Assembly (NCBI GenBank): GCA_964580055.1
Contig: CAZOJI010000010.1
Location: 4,367-68,366, forward strand
Length of the DNA stretch: 64,000 nt
Direction of reading: 5' to 3'
DNA from: an uncultured Gemmatimonadaceae bacterium
Lineage (GTDB): Bacteria > Gemmatimonadota > Gemmatimonadetes > Gemmatimonadales > GWC2-71-9
Part shown: positions 28,609 to 38,274 of the stretch, piece after piece
Layout: each line of letters opens with the position of its first letter
Numbering within the stretch: the stretch's first letter is position 1
Position numbers and translations under genes: made by a program
Notes under the pieces: generated by a model
Databases searched by the model: none
Told to the model about the DNA's origin: nothing
The model's input: only the letters and a program-made list of their open reading frames with translations

Positions 28609-29274
28609 CTATACCGAGCGCTTTACGGCGTATATTGCCAATGAGTCGCCCGCATCATCCGCGAGATCGGCCAAGCTGTGCAAGAGCCACACGTGTCCGC
28701 GAATCTGCATCATCTGATCCAGCGTCAATTCGGATCGGAACACATCTTCCAAGAGTTGCAGCGCGGTTCGCTGTGTTTCCTTTTCGTAGAAGTGAATCTT
28801 GTGGATGTGATCGCGTGCGGTCTGAGGATCTCGGAAATAGCTGCGGGCGCCGACAACGACCTGCTCGACACTGTCCGCAGCCAGCGCAACACAATCCTGC
28901 CATTTGTCGCGGAACTGAGGTGGAACCTCGCAGCGCTCTATTCGCATCATGACGAAACTCTGCTCCATGTGATCGAGCAGACTGTCCAGCGAAGTCAGAA
29001 GGGCTAGTACATCACCCGCCGTTTCCGGTAGGAGCATCTCGGAATAAAGCGACTGGCCGATGCTGTCTCGCAGCTTGTCTCCTCGTGTCTCGAAGGCGGA
29101 GACCTGTTCGTATTTCTCCTCTGCTTCGGCGCTCCATCCGCGTTTCACAGCTTCGCTGAGTCCACGTTTGTAGGCTAGAGCGGCATCTGCAACCACGTCC
29201 AGCAACTCGTCGATTTGGGCGCGAAGCCGCCTGGTCTTGCGAAAAGGGGAGATCTTGAGTTCAGACATTAGCAT
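28609..29274 (-). CDS. DUF47/PhoU-like protein usually paired with PiT
   Basis: All-helical 221-aa protein immediately upstream of pit on the same strand. N-terminus 'ISPFRKTRRLRAQIDELLDVV' is typical of the family. Confidence 0.7.
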   Translation of the reverse strand: MLMSELKISPFRKTRRLRAQIDELLDVVADAALAYKRGLSEAVKRGWSAEAEEKYEQVSAFETRGDKLRDSIGQSLYSEMLLPETAGDVLALLTSLDSLLDHMEQSFVMMRIERCEVPPQFRDKWQDCVALAADSVEQVVVGARSYFRDPQTARDHIHKIHFYEKETQRTALQLLEDVFRSELTLDQMMQIRGHVWLLHSLADLADDAGDSLAIYAVKRSV

Positions 29275-29280
29275 TCTCGG

Positions 29281-30951
29281 TCAGCGATAATGATCGACCG
29301 TTTCCTTGACGAGGTTTGCCGCTTCCATCTGCTTGAAGACCGGGTACGTCTGCGGTTCGCTGCCCCACTGGGTAGCCAGATAGCGGTCGAAGTAGTTCCA
29401 CACTACTAGACCGTCATCGCTCTCGGGCTCCAACAAGAATGAAGCGAGGTTGCCCAGTGATTGTGCGGTGCTCACATAGTAGGTGCCTGCCGGGAACTCG
29501 CGCTCCGACGTGCTGTAATCGCCCTCGATGGAGCTGGTGTAGTGTCCCTGATTTGGTCGGCTGGACGGTGTGACGGAACTCACTGAGAAAGAACCCACGT
29601 TGGTGGTGCACGCCTCCATCAGTCTCTCCACGGTGATGCCGTGCTGTAAAAGCTTCTCGATAACCGCCTCATCCTGCGCCGTGATGAAGTAGCCGTGCGG
29701 TAAGGGTACCGTCCGTTCAGGCGTGTATCGCGAGAGGTAAGGAACGTCATGGTATGTTCTTTCCTCCTCTGTAGGTCGTACCCGGGGCCGCCTGCCTCCG
29801 GTTTCGGTTGTCTCCATGACGTATCCCTGAATCGTCAGCGTCTCGTCGATAGCGGCGCGACCGTATTCCACGACGAAACCTTCCGCCGCATCAGGCGCCA
29901 TCCCTCGGGCAATGGTACGCCGGTCCGCGTTTCTCAGCAACTCAACGACTTCGTTCTTGTTCTCGTGAAGGAAATCGAGAAAGGTGAGGAACAGCGAGTA
30001 CGCACCTCGCACCCGCGTCTCGAAGTCGACATATGGATACTGCTCGTTAAGCACGGAGAGCCTGTTTCTCATTCCAACATAGTTGCTCAGGTATCTGGGT
30101 TGAGGGCCGAGCGGGACCCAGCCAGATTGGGGCTCGCGCACGTTGATGAAATCACCATGTGGGATCGAAAGCACTCCGTAGACTTCGCGCATGCGATTCG
30201 TCACGTATGGCAGCACGGCGTTTTCCATGAAACGAATGATCCCGGTGTCGCCGTTGGGATTCAGTCCCCAGGTCCAAGTGACCGGTTCCTGATGATAGGA
30301 GCCATTGTGGGTGTGACTATCCAAGAAGAAGACGGGATCCCATCGCAACAACACGTTCGTCACGAGTCCTTGGACTTCGGGGGTTTCCAGCTTCACGCCG
30401 TCCCTGTTCAAGTCCAGGTTTTGACCGTTGTAGCGGATTCCCACGCCCTGTTCGGGACCGTGCTGGTTACGCCTGTTGGAGGTGCTGATCTTCTCGTTTC
30501 CATCGGGATTGAAGTTGGGAACCAAGAGAATGACCAGTTCGTCCAAATAATCAGCGGTTTGGCCGGCCAGTATGTCTCGCGCCAACATCAAGACAGCTTC
30601 TTTGCCTTCGACTTCTCCTGCATGGATGTTTGCCTGGAAGTAGACGATCGCTCTGTCGTCGTGCGCAAGATCCGCCGGAGATGCAGGGACAGGATCTCCG
30701 ATGACCAGCATTGGAATCCGTCGTCCTTCGGCACTTGTGGCGATGGTCTCGACTCTCACCAGGGAGCTGTTACTCTGTAATTCGCGAATGAAGGAGACCA
30801 CGTCGGCGTGACGTGAGGTGGCTGTGAATTCACTTTCCTCTGCCACTGTCAGGGGCCTCCGTTGTGCCGAAACAGGCACGGAAACCGCAAAGAGCATGGC
30901 AACTGGTGCGACCGGCAACAGAACTCGAAATGGGCCCGAAACGCGTTTCAT
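29281..30951 (-). CDS. Secreted M14 family zinc carboxypeptidase
   Basis: ATG 30951 preceded by GGAG. Signal peptide '...VSVPVSAQ'. 'ANIHAGEVEG' (HxxE), 'NFNPDGNE', 'DLNRD'. Confidence 0.85.
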   Translation of the reverse strand: MKRVSGPFRVLLPVAPVAMLFAVSVPVSAQRRPLTVAEESEFTATSRHADVVSFIRELQSNSSLVRVETIATSAEGRRIPMLVIGDPVPASPADLAHDDRAIVYFQANIHAGEVEGKEAVLMLARDILAGQTADYLDELVILLVPNFNPDGNEKISTSNRRNQHGPEQGVGIRYNGQNLDLNRDGVKLETPEVQGLVTNVLLRWDPVFFLDSHTHNGSYHQEPVTWTWGLNPNGDTGIIRFMENAVLPYVTNRMREVYGVLSIPHGDFINVREPQSGWVPLGPQPRYLSNYVGMRNRLSVLNEQYPYVDFETRVRGAYSLFLTFLDFLHENKNEVVELLRNADRRTIARGMAPDAAEGFVVEYGRAAIDETLTIQGYVMETTETGGRRPRVRPTEEERTYHDVPYLSRYTPERTVPLPHGYFITAQDEAVIEKLLQHGITVERLMEACTTNVGSFSVSSVTPSSRPNQGHYTSSIEGDYSTSEREFPAGTYYVSTAQSLGNLASFLLEPESDDGLVVWNYFDRYLATQWGSEPQTYPVFKQMEAANLVKETVDHYR

Positions 30952-31130
30952 CGCGCTGCTCCTCTCGTGGTTGTACACCCTTTAATTGACTCCGCGACGC
31001 TCCTGCGGGCAATAGTGCAGTGCTGGGACTTGGTTCCGAGTGCGGAAACGAGCTTCGTCGACTTGGCAAAGAGGGGAATGTCATTAGGTTCGGAAGCGGG
31101 CAACAAGGAGACTTTTCGGGAGATAGGTAA

Positions 31131-32477
31131 ATGGGCAAGAAGACAACTGACGTCATTGTGGTTGGTGTTGCACTGTTTGCGATGTTCTTCGGCGCAGGCA
31201 ATCTCATCTTTCCGCCCTACATGGGACTACTTGCTGGGACAACCTGGCATTTCGCGTTGATGGGATTCCTGATCACCGGCATCGGAATGCCGTTGCTCGG
31301 TATTATGGCCGCAGCCAGGGCCGGAGGAACCGTGGAGCATCTCGGCAGTAGAGTGAATCCAGTCTTCGGAAGGATCATGGGCATCGTGGTAATTCTGGCT
31401 ATCGGGCCGCTCCTCGCTATTCCGAGGACATGCGCCACGGCGTACGAGATGGGTATCCGTCCTGCATTCGAGAATTTCCACCCGGGTTTTTTCTCGATCA
31501 TTTTCTTTGTGATTACTCTGTTCTTCGCGCTCAACAGGTCCACGGTGGTGGATAAGATTGGGAAATATCTCACTCCGTTTCTCTTCATCACGCTTGCCTG
31601 GATCATCATCAAAGGAGTAGTGACACCAGTAGGCTCGGTCGTCGATGTAGGCTTTGATAGAGCCTTTGGCAGCGGCTTCAGAGAGGGTTACCAGACGATG
31701 GACACTCTTGCGTCGATCGTGTTCGCGCAGATCGTGATTGCCGCGCTTGTGTTCAAGGGGTACTCCCATGTCGGCGACCAGGTGAAGATGACTTCGTTGG
31801 CGGGCCTGATAGCGGCCACTGGCTTGGGACTGGTGTACGGAGGGCTCATGTACCTCGGGGCCACCGCGGGAACTGAGTACCCGCAGGATGTCGAGCGGAC
31901 CAATCTGCTGATCGGAATCACCCAGATTCTGCTGGGCGGCGGAGGAAAGGTTGCTCTTGGGCTGGCTGTCAGCCTCGCATGTCTCACGACGTCCATCGGT
32001 CTCACGGCGACCGTAGGTGACTATTTCAACACTCTGTCCAAAGGCAAGTTGAATTACACCGCAATCTGTGTTGTTACGGTGCTATTCAGCGGTGTTTTCG
32101 CCACGGTCGGAGTGACGACCATTGTCAATGTGGCCGTCCCTCTTCTGGTTACTACTTATCCGGTTGCGATTTGCTTGATCTTGCTCACACTCATGGGTCG
32201 AATCGTTGCCAACAGGGCCATCTACGCGGGTGCCGTGATCGGAGCGTTGAGCACGAGCATCTTCGAGGCGCTCACTGCGGCGAACTTGCCCATCACGGCC
32301 GTAAACAACGCGATCTTACACATACCGCTTGCCGGTGAAGGATTTGCCTGGATCGTTCCGGCGGTTGTGGGAGCGGTCGTGGGTGGTGTGCTTTCCATGA
32401 CCGGCATCGGTTCGCCGTTGCCGGCGGTTGTTGAGAGTGCGGCTAAGCCGGGCACAGTGCCCGAGGAGGGAGACTAG
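31131..32477 (+). CDS. brnQ: Branched-chain amino acid transport system II carrier (LIVCS)
   Basis: 'FFGAGNLIFPPYMG' and a 12-TM-like profile. Confidence 0.9.
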   Translation: MGKKTTDVIVVGVALFAMFFGAGNLIFPPYMGLLAGTTWHFALMGFLITGIGMPLLGIMAAARAGGTVEHLGSRVNPVFGRIMGIVVILAIGPLLAIPRTCATAYEMGIRPAFENFHPGFFSIIFFVITLFFALNRSTVVDKIGKYLTPFLFITLAWIIIKGVVTPVGSVVDVGFDRAFGSGFREGYQTMDTLASIVFAQIVIAALVFKGYSHVGDQVKMTSLAGLIAATGLGLVYGGLMYLGATAGTEYPQDVERTNLLIGITQILLGGGGKVALGLAVSLACLTTSIGLTATVGDYFNTLSKGKLNYTAICVVTVLFSGVFATVGVTTIVNVAVPLLVTTYPVAICLILLTLMGRIVANRAIYAGAVIGALSTSIFEALTAANLPITAVNNAILHIPLAGEGFAWIVPAVVGAVVGGVLSMTGIGSPLPAVVESAAKPGTVPEEGD

Positions 32478-32559
32478 GAAGACGGCCGGGGCCGCGCGTC
32501 CGTTGTGAGCAATCGCGTGGGCCCGGTGTTCAACGGCTTCTCCAGTGGAGGGTGGTGTG

Positions 32560-33726
32560 TTATTTCCCCCCTCCCGCCGCCTCCCTGAGCAGGTTGCGGG
32601 CGATCACCAAACGCTGGATCTGATTGGTGCCCTCGTAGATCTGCGTGATCTTGGCGTCGCGCATGTATTTCTCGATCGGAAAGTCCTTACAGTAGCCGTA
32701 GCCGCCGAACAACTGGACCGCGTCGGTGGTCACCTTCATGGCGACGTCGGTAGCCATCAATTTGCACATGGCCGACGCCTTGGTGATTTGCTTGTGGCCA
32801 GAGTCGATCACGCGCGCCGCGTAGTACACCAACTGGCGGGCTGCCTCGATCTGCGTGGCCATGTCCGCAAACATCCACTGCACGCCCTGGAACGAGCTAA
32901 CCGCCTGGCCGAACTGCTGGCGTTCGTGAGTGTACTCGATAGCGAGTTCCATCGCGCCTTGAGCCAATCCGACCGCCTGAGCTGCGACACCGGGTCGTGC
33001 CCTGTCGAGAGTCGTCATGCAGTGCTTGAAGCCGTGTCCCTCACGACCGCCGAGCAGTTCGCTTGCCGGTACACGGCAGTCCTCCAGATGTATCTCGACC
33101 ACAGGGCAGCAACGGATGCCCATTTTGTCCTCGTGTTTGCCAACGCGGTAGCCGGGCGTATCCTTGTCCACCAGGAATCCGGATATCCCGCGCGCGCCTC
33201 TATCGGGATTCGTCACCGCAAAAATGGTGTTCAATGAAGCGACCGCTCCACCAGTGTTCCATTTCTTTTCGCCATTCAGCACGTAATCGTCGCCGTCACG
33301 TTCCCCGCGCGTCTTCATCGAAGCTGCATCCGACCCGGCCTCCTTCTCGGAGAGACCGAACGCTATCAGTTTCTCTCCGGCAGCAATGGGTGGAAGGTGC
33401 CGCTCTTTCTGCTCGTCAGTCCCTCCGACGATGATGGGAAAAGACCCGAGTGCGTTGACGGCGAAACTCACGCCCATGCCTCCGCACGCACGGGAAAACT
33501 CTTCCACGATCAGGCACAGATCCAGGACACCACCTCCCAGTCCTCCGTACTCTTCGGGAATCCATGCCCCGGAGAGACCAGCGTCCTTGATGGCCTCCTG
33601 TACTTCCCATGGGTATTCCTGCGCGATGTCGTATTTCGCCGCAACGGGACGCATCACCGTTTCCGCTAGTTCCCGAGCACGGTTCCTGAGATCTACCTGT
33701 TGTTTCGTGAAGAGTTCTTCTATCAT
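32560..33726 (-). CDS. Acyl-CoA dehydrogenase
   Basis: 'FGLSEKEAGSDAASMKT', 'GGYGY', 'IYEGTNQIQRLVIAR'. Confidence 0.9.
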   Translation of the reverse strand: MIEELFTKQQVDLRNRARELAETVMRPVAAKYDIAQEYPWEVQEAIKDAGLSGAWIPEEYGGLGGGVLDLCLIVEEFSRACGGMGVSFAVNALGSFPIIVGGTDEQKERHLPPIAAGEKLIAFGLSEKEAGSDAASMKTRGERDGDDYVLNGEKKWNTGGAVASLNTIFAVTNPDRGARGISGFLVDKDTPGYRVGKHEDKMGIRCCPVVEIHLEDCRVPASELLGGREGHGFKHCMTTLDRARPGVAAQAVGLAQGAMELAIEYTHERQQFGQAVSSFQGVQWMFADMATQIEAARQLVYYAARVIDSGHKQITKASAMCKLMATDVAMKVTTDAVQLFGGYGYCKDFPIEKYMRDAKITQIYEGTNQIQRLVIARNLLREAAGGGK

Positions 33727-33854
33727 GACGAGTCACTTCCTTGTCGTGCCGGTTTCCATGTTTTTGCGGTCGGGAAGAATATTAACCGGTCTTCCGGCTG
33801 CATGCCGCTTCTGTCGCCGTAGCCTACTCCTGAGCCAATGGCTAGGTTCAGTCC

Positions 33855-34595
33855 GTGCTGACACTATTTGCGGTCCTGGTTGCCGGTGTTTTTGCCGGAT
33901 TTCTGAACGTCATGGCTGGAGGCGGTTCGCTCATCACTCTGCCTCTACTGATATTCCTGGGCCTGCCGGTCGCAGCTGCCAACGGAACCAACCGTGTCGC
34001 CATACTCGTGCAGAACGTCGCAGCTGTTGGAGGCTTTCAGCGCCAAGGATACGCCGATTTCCGCGCCGGGCTCGCCTATGGGGCGGCAACGATTCCGGGA
34101 GCAATTGCGGGAGCCTTCTTCGCCGTTCGAGTCAGTGAGGGATTGTTTCGCGCGATCCTGGCGGGTGTGCTCGCGGTTGCCGTAGTCGGATTGTTGGTGC
34201 CGCGGTCCAGCAGGCAGGTGTCTGCTCCAGTTGAGAGGAAATCCCGCGTGCTAGCATTCTTGGGATTTCTGGGTATCGGATTTTACGGCGGATTTATCCA
34301 GGCTGGCGTAGGCTTTCTGCTGATGCTGGTATTGCATAGCCTTCTTGGTCTGGACCTGGTTCGCACCAATATGCACAAGGTGTTGATCGTAATGATATTC
34401 AGCGTTCCGGCCCTAGCTATTTTTGTTGGAACCGGGAATGTGGCGTGGGCCACGGCAATCGCTTTGGCAGCCGGCAATGCAGCGGGTGGTATCGCGGCCA
34501 CACGGGTTTCGGTCAAAGGCGGCGAACGGCCGATCCGGATAGTCCTGGGTGTTGCGTTGCTCATGATGGCGGGGAGATTGGTGTGGGGGATGTGA
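33855..34595 (+). CDS. TauE/SafE (TSUP) family anion permease
   Basis: GTG start. 'GFLNVMAGGGSLITLPLLIFLGLP'. 8-TM-like duplicated profile. Confidence 0.8.
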   Translation: MLTLFAVLVAGVFAGFLNVMAGGGSLITLPLLIFLGLPVAAANGTNRVAILVQNVAAVGGFQRQGYADFRAGLAYGAATIPGAIAGAFFAVRVSEGLFRAILAGVLAVAVVGLLVPRSSRQVSAPVERKSRVLAFLGFLGIGFYGGFIQAGVGFLLMLVLHSLLGLDLVRTNMHKVLIVMIFSVPALAIFVGTGNVAWATAIALAAGNAAGGIAATRVSVKGGERPIRIVLGVALLMMAGRLVWGM

Positions 34596-35995
34596 GTTGG
34601 GACTTGGAAGCTGGAAGTTGTGTTCGTTTCGGGGTGCTGCTTGTGGCTAGATCTGCTTCAATGCTGGTGCTGTTCGTTCTGGTTCTAGGCAATCAATACA
34701 TCTGCGTTGCCCAGGAGCCGCCCACGGCTGAGGAGCTACTCAACGACCTGGCGTGTGGGTCGTGTCATGAAGGCATCGACGTTGAGAGTGACATACTCGA
34801 CAAAGCCGCTGATCTGAGTCAGGCAGGGCTCAGATACAGCCCCGACTATGTTTTCAGCTACGTTCAGTACCCTGTGACAATCCGTGAGTATCTCGGCTAC
34901 TCGCGGATGCCGATACTCCATCTCGATGAACGCGAGAGCCTGGCGTTGGCGCTCTATCTGCAGACGTTGTTGCCGCAGGGAGCCGAGCCTCCGGTCTATC
35001 CGCTCCAGGAGTCGTTTGCATCAGCCAGAAATGCCCATCCCGAAATCACTCCTCAAACCGGCGAAAGCGTCTTCGAGTCGCTCGGCTGTATCGTGTGCCA
35101 TCAGCAGTCGTTTTCCGTCACTTGGGACACCAAGATCGGACCGGACCTGAGCTTCGAAGCGGAGAGAATCACGCCGGAATGGCTGGACGATTTCTTGCCC
35201 GCTCCGACGCCGCTGCGACCGTTCGGATACTTCCCGGGGGCGGGTAGTCGACATCCCGATTACCAGCTCACCGAGGACGAAGTGGAGGTTCTACGTGAAT
35301 ACCTGCTGAGGCAACACGGCGATCTCGATACGGCGGCTGCGTACGTCGGACCCGATTTGTTCCTGCAGTTCTCGGCCAACAAAGCGGAGACTCTGTTGCG
35401 CGAAAAACAACCCTGCCTGGGTTGTCATCTTCTCGGCGACGACGGTGGACGCATAGGCCCCGATCTGTCGGCGCTCAATTCCCGCGTGCAGCCCGAATAC
35501 GTGTCTCAGGTGATAACCGATCCGGTCGGCATACTCGGTGAGACCATAATGCCCAAGGTGCTGATGCCGGACACAACCCTGAAGCTGTTCATGAATTATC
35601 TGGTTTGGCAGGAGATTCCACGAGCGGAATCGTCCTATCTCTCCCACATTGACAACCCGCCGCATTTCTTTCAGGAGCTGGATGAGCCTCGGAGTCTGTT
35701 CGTGAAGCACTGTGCCGCATGTCATGGCATCGAGGGCCAGGCTGACGGATACAACGTTCCATTTCTCCCCACCGTTCCCACGACTCACGCGGACTCTTCG
35801 TATATGTCGGACCGGCCGGACGACACGTTGTTCGATGGGATCCACTCCGGAGGGTATATCCTGAACAAGAGCCACAGGATGCCTCCATGGGGAGAGACTC
35901 TCGATCGCGATCAGATCTGGGGTTTGGTCGGTTACATCAGAGAACTCTGCAACTGTCAGGGGCCAGCCTGGTCTCGTGACGGCCGCAGAAGATAG
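34592..35995 (+). CDS. Periplasmic cytochrome c with four tandem class-I domains
   Basis: CGSCH, CIVCH, CLGCH and CAACH, each followed by GPDL(S) and/or an MP methionine. Start uncertain: GTG 34592 (GTGA overlap with TauE stop), GTG 34634 or ATG 34661. Signal peptide '...LVLGNQYICVAQ'. Confidence 0.85.
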   Translation: MSWDLEAGSCVRFGVLLVARSASMLVLFVLVLGNQYICVAQEPPTAEELLNDLACGSCHEGIDVESDILDKAADLSQAGLRYSPDYVFSYVQYPVTIREYLGYSRMPILHLDERESLALALYLQTLLPQGAEPPVYPLQESFASARNAHPEITPQTGESVFESLGCIVCHQQSFSVTWDTKIGPDLSFEAERITPEWLDDFLPAPTPLRPFGYFPGAGSRHPDYQLTEDEVEVLREYLLRQHGDLDTAAAYVGPDLFLQFSANKAETLLREKQPCLGCHLLGDDGGRIGPDLSALNSRVQPEYVSQVITDPVGILGETIMPKVLMPDTTLKLFMNYLVWQEIPRAESSYLSHIDNPPHFFQELDEPRSLFVKHCAACHGIEGQADGYNVPFLPTVPTTHADSSYMSDRPDDTLFDGIHSGGYILNKSHRMPPWGETLDRDQIWGLVGYIRELCNCQGPAWSRDGRRR

Positions 35996-36373
35996 TCACT
36001 TCACGATCAGCTTTCCTCTCTCCCACATGTGGTAGTCGCTGCACCAGACCGCACAGAGAAACAGGTATTCTCCGGTAGCCTCGGGAGTGAAGGTCACTTT
36101 CTCGGTCTCACCTGGTTTGAGAGGACCGGTATCGATGTCGAGCGCCGGCACGTAGAAGCTGTGTGTAGCGACGTCGACGTTTCTTACCTCGATTGTCACT
36201 GGACGTCCGCGCTCGACCACAATCTCCCGAGGAGACCAATTGCCTCGTTCCGGCGCTCGAGCCCGGAGCAGTATTCTGTCCGTGCCGTCAGCGTCTTTTG
36301 CGCACGCAGAGGCGGAGAGAGTCGCCGCAAGCCCGCACGAGATGAGTGTTCTGCGCAGTGTGATACCTCGCAA
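35996..36373 (-). CDS. Small cupredoxin-fold lipoprotein with a CuA-like Cys-x3-Cys-x3-His-Met site
   Basis: TTG 36373 lies 8 nt after GAGGGA. Lipobox 'LSASAC'. 'THSFY...GEYLFLCAVWCSDYHMWERGKLIV'. Only the last 125 codons of the listed 383-aa ORF are used, because the rest overlaps the upstream gene. Confidence 0.7.
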   Translation of the reverse strand: MRGITLRRTLISCGLAATLSASACAKDADGTDRILLRARAPERGNWSPREIVVERGRPVTIEVRNVDVATHSFYVPALDIDTGPLKPGETEKVTFTPEATGEYLFLCAVWCSDYHMWERGKLIVK

Positions 36374-36378
36374 AGTGC

Positions 36379-38271
36379 CTATCCCTCGAAGAGCCAGAGG
36401 AAAGAGATGCTCAATCCCACCAGAAACAAAAACATCGGAATCCAGCCTCGTTTGGCGGCAGGGCCGGCGCCGAACAACCTCTCCGCAAACCGGTAACCGT
36501 ATTCTACCGAAAAGGCCAGCCCAACGAACAGCAGCAGCATCTGAAGATATGGAATCGCGCCCGTCCAGAACGGGTGAAATCCCAGATCGGCTGTGCCAAA
36601 CAGGTTCCAACCGAGCGACAACGGGTCCGATAGCACAGTGGGCACGTAGCTGCCGTTGACGAATAGCAGAGCCACGCTGAATGCAGCCCAGCGCGCGATT
36701 CCAAGAGGTATGAGACAGTACGAAAACTCCACGAAGACCTCTTTCAATGGAACGTCTCTCACGCCACTGGCCAACTTGGAGAGCCAGGAAGCTCCCAGGA
36801 ACAACGCGGGCACGAGCGCGAAAGCCATCAGGGTGTACGCAGCAACGAACAGCCAGTACCCCGGAAGAGTCTCTACCCGTACCATGTCCCGGAGCCAACC
36901 GTACGGCCCCTGCATGACCAGGAAGAACACCACCAGGATTCCTATCATTGTGAGACCCTTGAAGGCTTCGTCGGTGCTGCGCCGGTTGTACACTTCGTCC
37001 GTGCGCTTCCGTTCCGTCAAGAAGTCGGCTCCAAACGGCCTCAGGTTGAATGCCATGTTGTCGTAAGGACAGGTCTTGAAACACTCCAGACACAAGCCAC
37101 AATAGGTGTTCCTGTTCATGTCGTAGGGGTGCTCCAACCAGGGGCATCCATACCCGTTCTCATTGCCCAAGTAGCACGTCTTGGGTCTGTGAGCCTTACA
37201 GACATCGGGGTCTTTCGCTCTGACCTCTACTGCGGAGAAGTTGGAGTAGAGGCCCTGGAAACCGCTGACAGGGCATATGTAGAGGCAGAAAGTGCGTTTC
37301 TCAAAGACGAGGGCTACGGCAATTGCCGTGAGGATCACCACTACTAGCAGCGCAAAGGTGGCTATCGGGATCACTGTGAAGAAGCCGAAAAACAACGTGG
37401 TAACGAAGAACACCAACGTCAGAGGCCAGAGGTTTCTGAATTTTTTGGGCCATTTCTTGTTCAAACCCCAGGACTTCTGTCGACCGACGCCAATTAGTTT
37501 GCCTCTTTGTATCCAGTCGCCGATCAACGGAAACGGGCACATCATGCACCAGAACCTGCCCGCGATGGGTACGAAGATCGTCATCAAGAGAACCCACCAC
37601 AGTACCCATGTGATCATGACTCCGAAGTTCAGGTTCCCGGGCGACAATCCTCCGATCAGCGCCGAGACCAGTATGACAACGAAGATTACGAGGTTGACGA
37701 GAATCAGACCGGTGGGAAACCAACGACTCTTGAAGAGCTCTCTCACGGGCCGATACTTCGTCAACTCGAGACGCCAATCCAGGGGAACGATGCCGAAGAG
37801 GGCATCTTTTGCTCCCTTGCGCTTTCTGGTGGCCACGAGGAAGGAGCCGAGAGCGACCAACCCCACCAGGCCCAAGCCGGCGTAGAACCTGCGATTCGGC
37901 AGGACCCTGAGGTATCCGTATTCGTATGGGTGCATCCAGCCACAAGTCACTGAGCAGCGGAACGAGAATCGTCCCGGTTTGTCGGCGACAAAACCTATTA
38001 TCCTGGTTTCACCGGGATCCACCGAAGCCTCGATACCGTAGTCGAACAGATAGAAGCCGTGTGTGACGTCATCGCTGATCAACTTCAGCACAACGGTCTC
38101 GCCGCGTCTAACCGTTATCACGCCGGGATCATACCCGAATCTCTTGACGTGAACTTCGACCGTTCTCTGGTTTCCAACGAGTTCCCCCGAGTAACGCTCG
38201 GTATCACTGCAAGCGGTGAGAACGCAGGCGACTGCAAGGACGGCGATTACGGGGGGAAACCTCTGCATCAT
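36379..38271 (-). CDS. Cupredoxin-domain::NapH/NosR/CcoG-type (COG0348-like) membrane polyferredoxin fusion
   Basis: Lipobox 'VLTAC'. Cupredoxin part 'THGFY...FRCSVTCGWMHPYEYGYLRV'. Many TM segments with 'GRFWCMMCPF' and 'FCLYICPVSG'. Ferredoxin motif 'CGLCLECFKTCP' plus 'CKAHRPKTC...GCP'. Confidence 0.75.
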   Translation of the reverse strand: MMQRFPPVIAVLAVACVLTACSDTERYSGELVGNQRTVEVHVKRFGYDPGVITVRRGETVVLKLISDDVTHGFYLFDYGIEASVDPGETRIIGFVADKPGRFSFRCSVTCGWMHPYEYGYLRVLPNRRFYAGLGLVGLVALGSFLVATRKRKGAKDALFGIVPLDWRLELTKYRPVRELFKSRWFPTGLILVNLVIFVVILVSALIGGLSPGNLNFGVMITWVLWWVLLMTIFVPIAGRFWCMMCPFPLIGDWIQRGKLIGVGRQKSWGLNKKWPKKFRNLWPLTLVFFVTTLFFGFFTVIPIATFALLVVVILTAIAVALVFEKRTFCLYICPVSGFQGLYSNFSAVEVRAKDPDVCKAHRPKTCYLGNENGYGCPWLEHPYDMNRNTYCGLCLECFKTCPYDNMAFNLRPFGADFLTERKRTDEVYNRRSTDEAFKGLTMIGILVVFFLVMQGPYGWLRDMVRVETLPGYWLFVAAYTLMAFALVPALFLGASWLSKLASGVRDVPLKEVFVEFSYCLIPLGIARWAAFSVALLFVNGSYVPTVLSDPLSLGWNLFGTADLGFHPFWTGAIPYLQMLLLFVGLAFSVEYGYRFAERLFGAGPAAKRGWIPMFLFLVGLSISFLWLFEG

Positions 38272-38274
38272 CCG

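Noticed and set aside
36374-37147. The upstream two-thirds of the listed 383-aa ORF 35996..37147(-).
   Set aside because: This part overlaps the 3' third of the 630-aa polyferredoxin gene in another frame and translates to Arg/Gly-rich nonsense. Only the last 125 codons form a credible protein, starting at TTG 36373 just after the upstream gene's stop and carrying a lipobox and a cupredoxin motif.
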